From contig OZ059897.1 of NCBI GenBank assembly GCA_964057225.1, positions 13,330,001 through 13,394,000 of the forward strand: a stretch of 64,000 nucleotides of DNA, in the 5' to 3' direction. Position numbers and translations under genes: made by a program. Origin of the DNA: Auanema rhodensis. Lineage: Eukaryota; Animalia; Nematoda. Below the pieces are notes generated by a model. That model was not told the origin of the DNA, did no database searches, and saw nothing but the letters and a program-made list of their open reading frames with translations. This document shows positions 1-14,808 of this stretch, piece after piece. Positions within the stretch are counted from its first letter, which is position 1. Each line of letters begins with the position of its first letter.

Positions 1-129
1 TTACTATTATTTAGTGTGTCTTATATAGACTAAGATGGCTAAAGAATGGATGATTTATGGACCTGTGGCTAAGAGGTAAAGAGACAACATGAGAGAGAAA
101 GAGAGAGGTAAGAGAAAATAGAGAGAAAC

Positions 130-255
130 CATATGATAAGGACTATAATAGGACATGTTTGACATATATTTGTGCTTTGAGATCAAAGAAGAAAACGGAA
201 TGAAGCAGGTAAGGATAAGGCATAACCAAAATTCCTGATTAGTCACGCAGCTCAT
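130..255 (-). CDS. Possible first coding exon of a gene running off the left edge
   Basis: An ATG shortly after an AATAG acceptor-like site reads MSCVTNQEFWLCLILTCFIPFSSLISKHKYMSNMSYYSPYHM (hydrophobic N-terminus), then ATG|GTTTCT donor-like site and a CT-rich tract. No downstream exon is visible. Confidence 0.25.
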
Positions 256-2332
256 AACAATAATTCTATTGTTACCTTTTATAGCCTGGATTCACCGTAT
301 ATTGGTTAAAGTACTAATTTTTTTATTTTTAACAAACTGAATACAACCCCCCCCCCTTTAAATCATTCCTCTTGCTTCCTTCTAACGTTCACTGTTAACC
401 AGTCTTATTCACTCCCTGAAGAATCTCAGATGTCATGAATTTGGGGAGATTTTTTCGCCTTACAATCCTGATTGAACACCTTGTTTTACGCTAACACTTT
501 GACTACAACAGCTGATACTTTTCTAAAGAATTGGAGAGGATGATACTTACTCAGAATTTCGAAATATCACGAGGAAAAATTATAATTTCAAAAAGACGAG
601 CAAGAGCCGGAAAGACGTTGCTGAGGTGTTATCAAGTTCTTCATTTTAAACTTGATAATAACGACCTAATAAAAGAAAAGTTGAAAGTTTCTGGTGTTGT
701 TCTTCAGAAGTTATATCACAAAAGTAAAGAACGATTGAAATGAACGAGCGAAGCACGTGAGACACTTTGAAAATCACAAGAAGTTATCTGATAGGCTATA
801 TGATTGACACATTACAATGAAATAATAAAAAATATTGGAAAAATGAAGAATATAGTATGAGGTCACAATGTATTTGATATCAAAACATGCAAAAGGAATG
901 AAACTGTGGTTTTCGAGCTCGAGCAAGGGAACTGTTTTTAGCAACATCTGACCATTGCAGACAGATAACAACAGCAGGTGCGTAGAGACGAATTATCGAA
1001 AAGGTTTAAACTGTATTATTTCGTTGAATTCTTTGGAGAATTTCAAGAAAATGACCGAATAGAAGAAATGTAGTGAAGAAAAAAGCGGAATTGGTACTGA
1101 TGATAAAGGAATGCAACCGCATGGGCCTTTCAACGTTTTTTAGAATGAACAACCACGCGCTGTGATACGCTCTTATTCTCTGTCAATCTCTCTCCATTCG
1201 CAACGCTATCTATCTCACGTGAGTTACGTGAAATGTCGAGAAGATGATGATATGATAGGCTTAATGTCATGTAGATCAACAAGATACGACGCGATCCAAG
1301 ATTTGCTTTGGATTTGTAACTGTTGATTTTTTGGTTAGGCTGATTGATGAACTCTGCTGAACTCGTGCACCCAGTTGCACTCAATGCACTCGCTTACACG
1401 CTAACAGCGAACATTGTACATTGGCCCATAAGTTAAGAAAAGTGGTACCAAAGATAATTCGGTAGCTGATTAGATTGATTATATGGATAGTTAATTGGAC
1501 AGTAGTAAAAGAAATAATTATTTTTCTATTAAAATATAAAAAATATTTTTTGTTAATTCAATTAATTCAATAAGTCGGTCGTTGTATACAATTGTAATAA
1601 TCTACTAATAATGAAACATTATAATATTTATTATATCTATAACTTAATGATAAATCAAGAAACAAGATGAGAAAATTTCAAAAAAATAAATTAGAAAAGC
1701 ACGTGGTTTGCTAAAATCGAAATCGATTAGTCACTACGGAGAATTGGAAGAAAAAAAATTGAAAAGACTGTTGGCATCTTAGGGAATTATGGAACAGATA
1801 CTTTATAGTTTATAGTCTGACGTCAGATAAAACCTTTTAAGTTTGCGGCATAATTCTTGAGTTAGCAACGTGATTTTCTGAAATTCTTTTTCTTTCACTT
1901 CAGCTCACTTTTCAAAAAAAAAAAAGATATTTTCAATGGTGTAAGGAAATGACATGAAGGAGAAGAACTGATAGATAAAGAAGATAGATAGGATTAAGCA
2001 GAACATGCGTTAGCAGCAGATTTCTTATCGTCATCTTCGCTAAATTCCCATCAAAATTTAAAAATAACTTTTATTTACTTGTGTTTTATATCTGTATCCG
2101 TTCATACACCCTTTCTTTATTTATTATATTGACTAAATTCATGTTACATCGTCTTTATGTTTCTTTTTTAGATGTACGTTTTCAATTTAAAAAAATTTGA
2201 ACATTTATAATAATTTTATTGAAAAAAAAGACAATTTATGACAATAAATAACAAGATATACTCAGTAATGATAAGATTTTCAATGATTTTTATTCAATTT
2301 CAAATATTTTAATAACAATATCTTCACAAGTT

Positions 2333-4589
2333 TTATACCGGTTCTGCCTCATCTCGACAGTGCTTATTCGCATAAATTATAGCTTGAACAGGGCTATCAG
2401 GATAGCCCATTTCTTTTTTTGATGTAGTTGGATCTATTATCCGAATATCAAGAGACATTAGACGTCTTGCTATCGCAATAGCTACAGCATCAATTTCTGT
2501 TCCTATATGTTGACCAGTACCATCACTAAAAGCAGAAAAATTATATACTAAAGCGTAAAAGTTAAAGAATTTGATGGGGCCTCAGGGTAACTCGATATTC
2601 AACATAGTGATTTAGACCGCCCTAGTTACAAGTCTCGTCCTCGGCGAATACGTTACAGGCATTGCCACTAATATAGCGGCGAAAATATTTGTAGCGTATA
2701 TTATACGGGTGTTCAGATCAAGTTAGAGTTTGTTGTATGATTGGAGTTCAATGAAGGTGACAGACATATGAATCAACAAACATACAAGCTAGTATGAAGC
2801 TTATATTAATATATAAGTAACTAATTCAAAAATTTGTGAATAGTAAAGAAGCTATTTTTCAAAAAAATAATGATTTTTACACTCAAAAAGTGAAAAAGTT
2901 TATAAGAACTCAAGATATAATATATCATATAGGTGTTTTATAGAACAAAATATAAGTATCAACTTACTCATATCGCCGAAGTGCTGAAAGTTGTGGCGGT
3001 CCTCGTTTAGAAAAGTTACACAATTGCGTTTGAATATCTTCCCGGATCTCCTATAAAATTAAAATAAAAATAATATTATTTGTTTTAATACTATTATTAT
3101 TTACCTTATTAAGAGAATAATAAACTATTAAACGTGTAGCACAAACAAATATATATAACACTGATATAACATCAGTACATGTTTCATAAAACTGAAAAAT
3201 ATTTCAAAGGTAAATTGATTCTTGTAAGAATTTCTTTAAACCTGATAAGTTTCAACTTGTTGTGTCGATTCTAGATCAATTTGCTCCCAAAGAGTGATTA
3301 ATACATTGAGAACATTGGCTACCAAGTAAGAACATACGATAGTCACCATAAGTCGTGTAGCAGATCGTATTTTCATCTGAAAATATGTTTTTGAAAAAAA
3401 AATAATGAAAAACTTGTAATTAGATTGAAAGTATTATATTCACCTTATGGTCACTACTAAGAAATCGAAACATTTCTGCTGAACGTTGTTGCTTACGCAG
3501 AGTTCGAACAATGCTGTAGTTTAGATATGCAAGAAGAAAAAATGGTAAGAATACAGTCATGATATTCCTTGAAAAAAATTTTATAATCAGTTTTTCAATT
3601 TTTCAATTTTCTCAAAATTACCTAGTGTAAAATCGGAAAACGGTTCCGTACCAAAATGTTTGAACAATATCACTTAAACCAGGCGTATATTCCAATAAAC
3701 CAGTACAATTAAAATTCTTTTGAACCTTAAAATACAAAATTAAATATTTAAATTAGTATATAAATAATATTTAATTTTTACTTCAAAAATAGATATACGT
3801 ATTTGAATACAGATACATGTGTGGGTGACCCTTCAACTTCAAATTTTAAAATTTTCTGAATTCATTTGATTCAGAATCTGATCGTTAGACGCCTCTTTAA
3901 TTTTAATTGAAATTTGGAATCATTTCATATAATTATATATGAAAATCACGGAATTTTACTCAAAACCACTCATTTGCATGTGAGCAAACAGATTTCAAAA
4001 GTAAAAAGAAGGAAGTTTCATGTCTTTGATTAAGCATAATCTAAGAAGATCGGAAGTGTTTATATGAAAAATATTTGCGTAACTATTTAATCTTTGAAGA
4101 TAAACAGTTATTTCAAAAAAAAAAATCAGGATAAATATAGATGTAAAATATATTTCTATAATCATATAGTATAAATTGTTATTATTTCATATAATATTTA
4201 TATTAAAATTATTATTTTTCCCGGTATATTACCTCAATTTCAAATATTGCTGTTCCTCGAAGTAACAAAGAAAGTAGGAAGACAAGTATTGTTAACATAA
4301 TTCGCGATCTAAATTATAAAATAATAATTAATAAAATAAAAAAATAATTTGAATACTTTCGAAATGCTGTTAAAGATCTTGAACGATGGGTGATCAAATA
4401 TCTTTCAATTGTTGCTAAGATAATGAGATATGTTGAAAATGTCATAGACGTCTGAAATTCAATTATACAATGTTTAAATTTCTAATTTTCTATTAAAATT
4501 CTTATTAATTCTTATTTTTATATAATATTATATAAAAAAAATATATAAGAATATATTTTTGTCTTTTTTAATATATTTTTTTGTATATT

Positions 4590-4656
<67 letters not shown>

Positions 4657-5132
4657 CTATATTTTTGCAAATTATCCACCTGACACAACGACAGCAGTGG
4701 TCCCAAATAAGACCAGTAAGCCCTTGTAATCCAAAGAACCTAAACTCATACGAATTTGTGCTTCTCCTAGTTTGAAATTTTATTTTACTTGTAGTCGATC
4801 TTTAATTATATCCATAGCTATTACTGGACCATACATGAATGATAAGAAGGAATCCGACAAAGCCAAAATTGCCAAAAAATAAAAATGTGAATGTTTTGAG
4901 CTGAGCAAAACCTTAAAAAATAAAATAAAAAATAGAAACTATAATCTTCTTTTGACATGTTCATAAAGTCGAAACTAAACCATACTTTAGCAATAATAAT
5001 ATTACAAATTAAGCTGATCAAGCTTAAGCTTGTGCCAGCTACAGCAACAAGATACCAACGTCGTTCATTGACTTGAATAGTAACACAGTCGATTTCATCA
5101 ATTTCTTGCATAGCATTATATGTTAGGTTCAT
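2333..5132 (-). CDS. Rhodopsin-like (class A) GPCR, nematode orphan FMRFamide/peptide-receptor-like group, ~408 aa, 11 exons
   Basis: Exons 5132-4986, 4911-4789, 4739-4680, 4451-4357, 4308-4233, 3725-3622, 3567-3444, 3376-3242, 3191-3105, 3050-2968, 2525-2333 join in frame with GT-AG introns. Seven hydrophobic segments: TM1 [10 protein letters not shown]2 [10 protein letters not shown]3 LCQ...IERY, ECL2 NFNCTG, TM5 [14 protein letters not shown]6 [11 protein letters not shown]7 CATRLIVY. Ends EAEPV*. An acceptor (TTTGTAG) directly precedes the ATG, so upstream exons may exist. Confidence 0.9.
4592..4655. repeat. (TA)n microsatellite in GPCR intron
   Basis: ~32 perfect TA units. Confidence 0.97.
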
Positions 5133-8100
5133 CTACAAAGTCAAGTTTTATTAAGAAATTATATTAATTTATAAAGATAATGACATAAAATAGTTAAAAT
5201 TATTAAGTAAAGAAAAGAAAACTAATTATATAAGTTTCGCTTAACGAAAGAATCTAGGAGACATGGTTCTCTCAGGATGTATGCTCGAAGTAAACAAAGC
5301 ACCTCCCCCTCTACTCTAGTATCTTTCGAGATCGTTATTGTTTCGTTTGGCAACAAGACCGCCCACATTTATACTTTATACTTTTGTTTTAAACAAAAAA
5401 TAATATAATTAATAACATAAAAATAGTATAATTAAAAATTAAATTAAATTATAATAGCGTTTAGAAGTATTATTAGCAAAAGAATTTTGAAAAAAAAAAG
5501 AACTAGAATCTTTTGCAGATTTTCGAACATAAAGTGTATTTGTGTATGAATATTTTGAATATATTACTGTAGATAATATATACATATGTATATAGAAATT
5601 CTAGTTTTGAATATTATTAAGAAGAAACTGTTAGAAAAGACAATGGATACTAGTACTAGTATAGAATGATGATGATTATTAAGAAAAGTAAAACTTGAAT
5701 TGATGAGGGGATACACGAAACAATGAGTGTTAGGCGGAAGATCTGAAATTGCTGAAAGAAGACGACAATGATGACGAATTAAGATGATGGTCATAAGTCC
5801 AAATGAAGAATAGACGTCATTTGTGTGAAAGCAAACGTAGGTCAACTTAAGCTTCTAGGTTTTGTAATACGGAAAGCCAAAAGCAGATCTCTTTCTCTCC
5901 CTCTCTTGAAACCACTAATTGGCCACTGTCATGATGCCTTGCACTTACTTCCGCTCACATCTTTTTTATTTTATGTTCAATGTCATCTTTTCAATGTCTC
6001 TCGTCTTCTTTCTTTTACTACTTTCACGAATTATGATATTTCAGAATTTTACAGCATCCAATTAGTTCAAAAGAGCAGTGTTTCTGATATCTGAACACAT
6101 TTTGATACTCATATATATATATTAGTTTGTTGCTAGGGAATCAGTCATTATTTAAGAAAGTATTACCTGATGGCTTCATTTTTGATAAACATATGATGAT
6201 AAAGAAAACTGTCAAAAAAAGCTGAAAATGGAAAATGTGTTCAATGATATACAGCTTTGAATTGAAATTTCGTTTGGATTAGTTGAGGACTAACTCGACC
6301 AAACAATACATTAGCAACTGAACATAGACTGAATGAAAAGTATTTTATTGACTAAAATGATATAATTATAAACTGAATTCTTTAAGAGTTGAAGTTTTTT
6401 GTCAAAAAAATGCCATTCAGCAATTATCTTGCCATGTCAAATTAGATGATTTGCTACAATGGCTGCAGTAGCTAGGTGCTGCAGATGTGTTAGCTTGCTA
6501 AGTGCAAGGCAGTTTTGGCTTTAATTGTTTCTCATTTCTTGAAGTATTGAAGTTTCTCAAGGTTTTCAGGATTTAACTCTCAAGTACATGAACAATGACA
6601 TTTGTTTACTCTCATAGAACTAAAGTTGAATATCGTATAAGCTTAATTGAATTTCATTTAACCATAGTTACCATGCACATGTATATATGTCATTTGAATC
6701 AGCACAACTTTGAACCATTTCAAATAAAAAATAAAGCAAAAATATGTTTCAAGCTTGTCACGTAAAGAACAAAATTTTTCTTCCAAAATAACAGTGGATC
6801 TAAGATTGTCAAAAATATTTAACACAAAGTACGGATGACCGAAACGAGCTATGCTACTAAATCAAAGAAAAGTAAAGTCATCAAACTATGTTTCACCCAT
6901 CTTATAATGAATTACACATATATATTATTATAATTATATGCATATAGCATAAATAAGAAGATTCAATACTTTTTAATGTTAAAAGAAAACAGAAAGTTCT
7001 TCTCCCCCAAGTTCTGTAGACTTCTTAGAAAAAAAACTTCAATTATTATTATTTTTTGAAAATGTGTATAGGTCAAATGGTTGGCATATACACATCCACT
7101 CTCAATTCCGATGTATAGTCATCTGATCAAGGAACGCCAAATTGTATTAGAAAAATCACAAAAGACGACGTGGAGACATTCAATCTTCAAATTCGCCATC
7201 AAAGAAAATCAAAAAAATGAACAAAAAACATGAGCAAAACCTAATGAGTTCGGAAGGTGGAAAAAATAAACTGCAAATCCAAAGATAAAAATTTGTTTTT
7301 TTCACCCTACAGATTTGTATTGTTATGGTATTCCAACGTTTAAGCTATATCAGAAAAAAAATGACAGAATGAGGAAGAGAATATGTTGATAAGAAGCAGT
7401 TAAACATATGTTTCAATATACTATACCATGACAGAACATATGCATGTTTATGTATTTGGATATGATTTGGATTTGTTTTATGATAAAACGGATCAGATCT
7501 TTAGCTGCATACATAGATCAGTTAGTTTATAGACAATACATTTGAAGATGAAAGATCACTTTAATCTAACTGAGCATGGCTTAAATAAATATCTTGAAGT
7601 CTCTGTGATACAGTAAAACTTTAAATTATAGTTTTGAAGAAAAATAATAAAAATATAAATATAAATATTGAAGAATGGATAAATATATGTATATATTAAT
7701 ATGAAAATATATGAAGATACATATATACATCTATACATACATACATGTAGTTAAAACTCATTGACATCAAACTATTTAATTTTTTTTGTCAAAACGAGAT
7801 TGGAGCTTAAGAACATTAAGAGTTAATTAAGTTAACGCAGTGAATGTGAAATCAATTTGAACTTTTTTTTGCTTTGGGACCAATATACATTACGAAAAGT
7901 AGTAACATTAATTGATAGAAAAATTGGAAACTCAGATTATAACCATAAAAGAAAATAAATATGTTTATACATTCTTTACATATTTTTAAAACATTTATGT
8001 GTTTTACAGATTTTCAAATATTAAAAAAAATAATAAATATAATTATTTTTTACAGCATTAAATGCTAATCAAAAAAAATTGTGAATTATGACTGATACTG

Positions 8101-11100
8101 AAGTAATATGAAGTAAAGCATTTTTTTTGTTTCAGTTTGACAAAATATTCTGAATAAGAATTATATAATTCATGAAATACTATAAGAAAATTCAGACGTA
8201 AGTCACAGCTATATGTTTGTTGATAGCTATTAAAGAGAAAAGGTGTAATAGATTCGATCATATTCTTGTTATATTATATTCTAAAATAATATGGAAGAGA
8301 AACATTTAAATTTAATTTTAAAAAAAATTTATATTGAAAATTTAAGAAATAAATGAAAAAAAAAGAAAAAAAAACGTAACCTCATAGCATAGAACTAAAG
8401 TGAAGCTTTTAAGATGATGATGCAATCAGAAAAAGTAACGATATCAAAATTCTGTGAATGCTATTAGCATTGTTCTTTCACAGAATGTAATATATTAAGT
8501 AGGAATTATGACTATGCAGGTTGATATTCAAGAAATTAGGTGTTAAACATAGAAAACATTATAATGCATAATTTGTATAAATTAAAATATATTTATATAA
8601 ACGAATAATGACTAGTAGTATTAAGGTTTTAGAACAGCATCTGATTTCGAGATATTGTATCGATGTAAAAAACAAATTTAAAATTCACTATCCTAACTAC
8701 TTCAAAAATATTTCCTTATCAGTTTTTAATACCGGAAATACAAAAAATTTTAAGAAAACTCATAACTGAATACATTTGAATCTCATTTTTCATTTATGTG
8801 TAGATCACCAAGCAATATGTTTTATAAAAAAAATTATCAAAAGATTTTATATATATGTATATGATATAGTTACGTAAATTTCAATTATATTCAATAACTT
8901 ATTAATAATATATAAATAAAATAAAAACATGATAATATCAAAAATAAGAAATTCTCTCTTCTATAAACGGGTGCCATTTTGAAGAATTTGAAATTTGATG
9001 AGCAAGAGCAATGAATAGAAAAAGAAGACGACATATACTAGATTACCCGCTTCCTTCACTCCTGTTTTCCATTTTGTTCCTCTTTTTCCCCCTTTCCCTC
9101 TCTTTCTGAGTGTTCTCTTTATAACTCTCTCTCTACTTCTCTTTTCCTCTCCCTCACTCAATGTATTTCTCCCTGTCTTCTTTCCTCCCTATTTTCAGCT
9201 TTCTTGTTAACAATAGTCGTTATAACTTCTGTGAATTATTTGCATCTCACATGTATTGTAATTTAACAAGTTTTTTTTCAAATCAAAATGTTGAATAATC
9301 ATAACTAAATGTAGTAAATGAAAAACACTAGCTTTCTCATCGAACTAGGTGTGCATGAATGAAAGCATGTCTCGATTGAATAATGAGCTAACAACCAAAG
9401 CAATTATGTTTCGAAGAATCACGTATTCATCTTAACATCAGAATAATAGTGCAAGAACTTAGTTTTTTGAACATTTTTTTATGTTTTTTTAATAATCGAA
9501 CATATACCTTTTCATTCATGAAGTTACTTTAGCTGTACTTCATCATATCACCATTGTTTCAAACCTTGTTGAATAATGTTGTTCCGATTCTCCACTTTTC
9601 TATATACACCTCCTAACCTTAAGTTAGTTTTTCTTTTTTTTTCATAACATTCTCGTTCTTTTAAACTATTTCACTCATTTTATTCAGTTTTTTTCAATTC
9701 AGTGCTGCAATCAACTAAATAAAACATGTCGTTTAACGATTTTATAACATTCTCTCTCTCTCTATTTATTCTCAAACTATGATTATACTGTTTGAGTTTT
9801 AAAATCTTTTTTTTTTCTTAAATTTAGTAGCCATACTATAGTTTTTATACAAAAAAAAAAGAAAGTTATTCAGATAAGTATGTAGGTGGTCTAGATTTTA
9901 TTTTTAATTAATATAATTAGTTATCTTATTCTAATTATATATCATAGTATATATTAATATTTGTCTAAATATCTTAAATAACCTTTACTGAATATTCATT
10001 CATAAAGTACTTCTTTATAGAAATATGAAGGTTTTTAAACGTGATCTATATGAAACAAGGTATTGAATTCTTTATCCATATAGACACATATACATACATA
10101 TGTACATAGAATAGACATATAGACACATATACTATATGATATTCATATCATAAAACTAAACTATTATAATATATATATATTATAATATTCATTTTACAAA
10201 ATTATACTATATGTATAATAATAAAATAATAAAATATTTTTTACACGCTCAAGTTTTATAGAAGCTTTTGATAAAATGAAAAAAATATGTGAGGAATAAA
10301 GACCAGGAACAGAGAATTCACTCTCAAAATTTTTAAAGATTATTCGGTAGTTTCTAATGAAATAAATAAATTTATTAAACAAAAAGTAAATATATGTATG
10401 TGTTTTTAAAAAGATTCAGATGATAAGATAGTAGGTTGTGTATAATCAAATGAAAAATTAAAGGTATAAATTACAAATATATGAAAAAGAAAAATAATAA
10501 AAGAAACTTAGATCTAATTAGTAAAAATAAATTTTATTAAATTATAATTTTTAATATAAAAGAGTGTAGAGGAGTTATGAGAACAATGTCTATTTTCTTT
10601 GTAATTCTTCAGAATAATCAAAAAAATATGTCAATAACATAGGAATGGTCAGTTCCATTATGGCTGATTGCATGTTTTTGCAAATGTATCAAAAATGTAT
10701 TGAATTACAATAGATTTTAGTATATACAAACAGACTTTATAACATAATATACATATAAGTTAATAACATAAAATGATATAATTCACTTTTTCAATGTATT
10801 TTTATAGTTCTAAGAACTTTCATAAGTTTAATAATAAATGAATGGATTGATTAATGCATATACTTTTCTTAAATATATGTAAAAATAGGTAGATATTTCA
10901 GAAAAATATGTTACTTAACCGAATAACATCATGAACCATTGACCAAATCTCATTAACAATATACATAGTATATCAAGCTGTTCTCAATATAACGGTAGGA
11001 TATAAAGTTTTTAAAATATTAGCATTCTTAAACTTTAACTTATATGTATACATATAGATATTAAGAGTTATTGGAATAGCATACATCATACTGACATCAT

Positions 11101-14100
11101 ATGCTATTTCTCTATAACTTATTCATATTATTTTGAAAAAAATCTTTTTTTTCTTGAACAATGAAGAACATTAAAGATTTAACGGTTGATGATCATAATG
11201 GATATTGTATATACATTTCACATATACATTGTAATTTGATGTAAGAATACGAATATTCAAGAATGAACTCATGAATTAATTAGATCTCATGATATTAGGT
11301 ACATATACACACAAAATGAGGATGAGAAACTGGATATAACATTCAGTTATAACATTATAAAAGAATTTTTTGGTCTCGATCTTCAAGAAAATTCATTGAA
11401 CAGAATATATAATTTATTAATCAATACAAAAAATATTAAAATATGTGAGTTTAGTATAAATTTTTTTCTTCAAGTTTAGAGTTTCATAGATTATATATGA
11501 CGACATATATATGTATATAGTTTAAAGAAACAATCATTAATAGGAAAAAGAAGCATCATAGAATTCAAGGAAACTGAATGAAATTATGAGAAGATGAAGT
11601 GTGAGAAAGGTTCAGGTATGAGGAAAATGTATACATGGATATGTGTACGAAGTGTACATGAATGGAATCAGTACTAGCTTAGTTTATACTCTTCTCTGAA
11701 TTTTTTGTGTGATCCATGATTGTTGACTAGCTATATTATTGTCAAACGAACCATAAGATTTTATTTTTTTTAAGAAAAAAAACAGAGAAGAAAAGTTTAA
11801 AAGTGTGTGGCGGAAGAGATGTTTGAAACTTGCTTTTCCGTCATCTTCGTTTCGTTTTTGTCTTATTGTTTGGTGATAAAATATGTTTTTTTTTATAGAA
11901 AAAACATGATGATGATGAAGGTAATTAACAATATATTCTACGACGTTCTAAGATGTTTGAGTAATTTAACTATGAATAAAATTACAAAACTTTTAATTAA
12001 TGAGGTGAAGATGATATCAAAAAATGAATAGAATAGAGTATAGTTAGATATTTCCAATAATGTCATGCTTGTAAACTCATGTATTTCATGATATGAAACA
12101 GCAGAATACTTAGAAATTTATAAAAATAAGAAAAATATCTGCTGATTCTCTCAAAAATGAATATAAAAAAATTTAAAAAACAAAAACTTTTCTTGTTTCA
12201 AGTGGGAACTGAGAATATATCATATTTTGAATGAAAAATATTAATAAATTAATAAAAAATGATGGTGAAAAGTTGAAAAAGTTATAAACTGTTTCAAAAA
12301 AATACTGATATTCAAAATGTTGAATGACTAGAATTATGAAACTACATAGTATTCATACAAGTTTTTTTTGGTTTAAAGTAATATGATACTAGTATGAACT
12401 TAATTATATATTTGTACAAAAATACAATAAAACTGCTCAATGAACAGATAATTAAGTTTTTCTGCAGTAATGTTGAGGCATAATGACGATGAAGCCTTCA
12501 ACTTGGCCTCGAATAACTAAAAAGTTTATTTTTAATTCAGGAGTAAACAGCGAAATCAATTATCAGGACGAAGCTTTATATATAATATATATTCATATTT
12601 ATATGATGGCCAAAGTAGTAAGTATTAAACGAATGTTGAAAAGTGAAATATTTCTAAGTGTATAAACAAAAACAAAAAATTAAATACAAAACATTAAAAT
12701 CTATTTCATTTCCGAATGTAAACTTTTTTTTTCAGAAGATATTGAGTAAGAGAAAGAAAATACGTTGAAAAAATAATATTTATTGTTTGATTTTAATGAA
12801 CATACATGTTTTAATATTATAATATCTAAAATATAAATGAAAAAGTAGTTTTTTCTTTTTTTTGTACAAATTAATAAATAGTATTTAGTAAAACATAGAA
12901 TTATAAATAGAAATAATAATAATAATGAAATATAGAGATATTGAATACTTAAATGTTTCATTTCATCGATAAAACTTAAGTTTAACTTTTATGTTCTACT
13001 AAAACCAGCTTATACTTTTCAGAGTATGAAGCTTATTAACAACACGCTTCTAACTTTTTTCACAAAAAAAATATTATGTTTCTCCACGTTTTTGTCTTTC
13101 AACAAGAAAAGTTGGACAACTAGAAACCTTGCTTAGAGGTAGCTTTCTCACTTTCACAACTTCTGTCCGAAAACAAAAACCTTCTTTTTGGATGTTTGAG
13201 GTTAGAATATGAATACCCGGAACTCTATTCCATGCTATATTCATGTTCTATCATTTGAATGACAGAAGAAAGAAACATTTTTGTGTTTTTAAATATTTTA
13301 TACTTTATCTTTAACTCATCTCTTTACATAATATACTCTATATCAAGTTAAATATGTATTAATGTATATATATAATAGAATGTTATTTGAAAAATTTTAT
13401 TTTATTAACTTGTTCATTGAAAACTTATGTATATGTATGTATATACATATGTATATACGAAATTAACTTAATTATATTAAGTAAAAACGATAAAATATAA
13501 ACAGAAATGAATAAAAGTATGAAAAAGCATGTCATCATGTTCTCATTTGAAGATATAAATGTCAATTAGCTAGCCAGTAAGTGGAGTACTAAAGAATGTA
13601 TTGTGTCTAGCGAATTATTTAGAAAAAAGTAAATATTATTGATGAGAAATTAGAAGAAATATATGAAATATGGCTTAAGAAAGCCAAAATCGTTTTATAA
13701 ACAAAATGAATATAGGTGATATGCGAACTTGAAAATCTATGAATTTAAACTTATTGTATTGCATGTTGTTCGAGAGTGTTTCACACTTTATGCATATAAT
13801 CGCTTACAAGCATTCTTGTCTCCCAAGCTGCAAAGTTGAACGACGGATAAAAGGCGTTAAGGACAACCTTAGGGATTGTGTTCTTGTGTCAGGGTAAAAG
13901 GGTATGGGGATACATAAACGATGATGTGTCACGCTGACTGAACTTAAACAGGCAGTGTGAAAGGCAAAGGAAGCACATCAAAATAGGTAAGTGACTGGTG
14001 TCACAAGTATCCGCTAAGCTCAAAACAGTCTGTTCACTATTTGAGAAACTTCGATTCATATTCGAAGGAAAACATACAAGTAGGTAGATTTTGCAAAATA

Positions 14101-14279
14101 TTGGTTTATATTATATATGAATGAGAAAGGTATATGAAATTGGCTTAAAAATTCTGAACTCACTGAGATGATCTTTGTAGAACAGTAAAGATCAAAAGAA
14201 GCAATTGGTAAGAAAAGCTGAATCTAATTGAAAATAGAGTATCATATGTATCAATTTTCAAATATTCAAGAAAATCTTC

Positions 14280-14310
<31 letters not shown>

Positions 14311-14732
14311 TATATATATATCCACATATGCCCATAAAGTTCTTGTAAAAAATTAATACATAAGATATTTACATGAAAAAGATAAAATATTGGCAAAACG
14401 ATTAGAAGCAAAAATATAAAAGTCAAGGAGAACGCGAAAGATGGAGAGCTCTGAGAATTCGAGGAGAATGATGATGATGATGATGATTGAATTTTGAGAA
14501 ATAAAAGAGTAAATGAGAGATGGAAGAGTGATGAGCATGAGCTGAAAGCTTTGAGAAGAACTAGCATGTTAGATGAATATAGAAAGCGCATAGTAGAAAT
14601 ACGCTTTCAAACGTTTCTCACGTAAAACACGTGAAGTTTTACAGAAATAAAAATGAATAAAATATAAATGATCACAGAATGATCATAGAATAAGGATAAA
14701 TAAAATAATAAAGGAAAATGGAATATCTAGAG

Positions 14733-14804
<72 letters not shown>
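14733..14804. repeat. (GA)n microsatellite
   Basis: Near-perfect GA run with one AA interruption. Confidence 0.95.

Positions 14805-14808
<4 letters not shown>

Noticed and set aside
400-1440. GC-richer stretch with short ORFs (531-743, 1130-1384) as a possible transposon or viral remnant
   Set aside because: No recognisable transposase, RT or viral motifs, no terminal repeats, and stops in all frames.
4518-4775. YIYIYI ORFs, and similar ones at 33505-33897, 59409-59674 and 63049-63270
   Set aside because: Translations of (TA)n or (CT)n microsatellites.
11067-11120. Imperfect hairpin (AATAGCATA/TATGCTATT) as a pre-miRNA
   Set aside because: AT-rich, only ~11 contiguous pairs; expected by chance in this composition.
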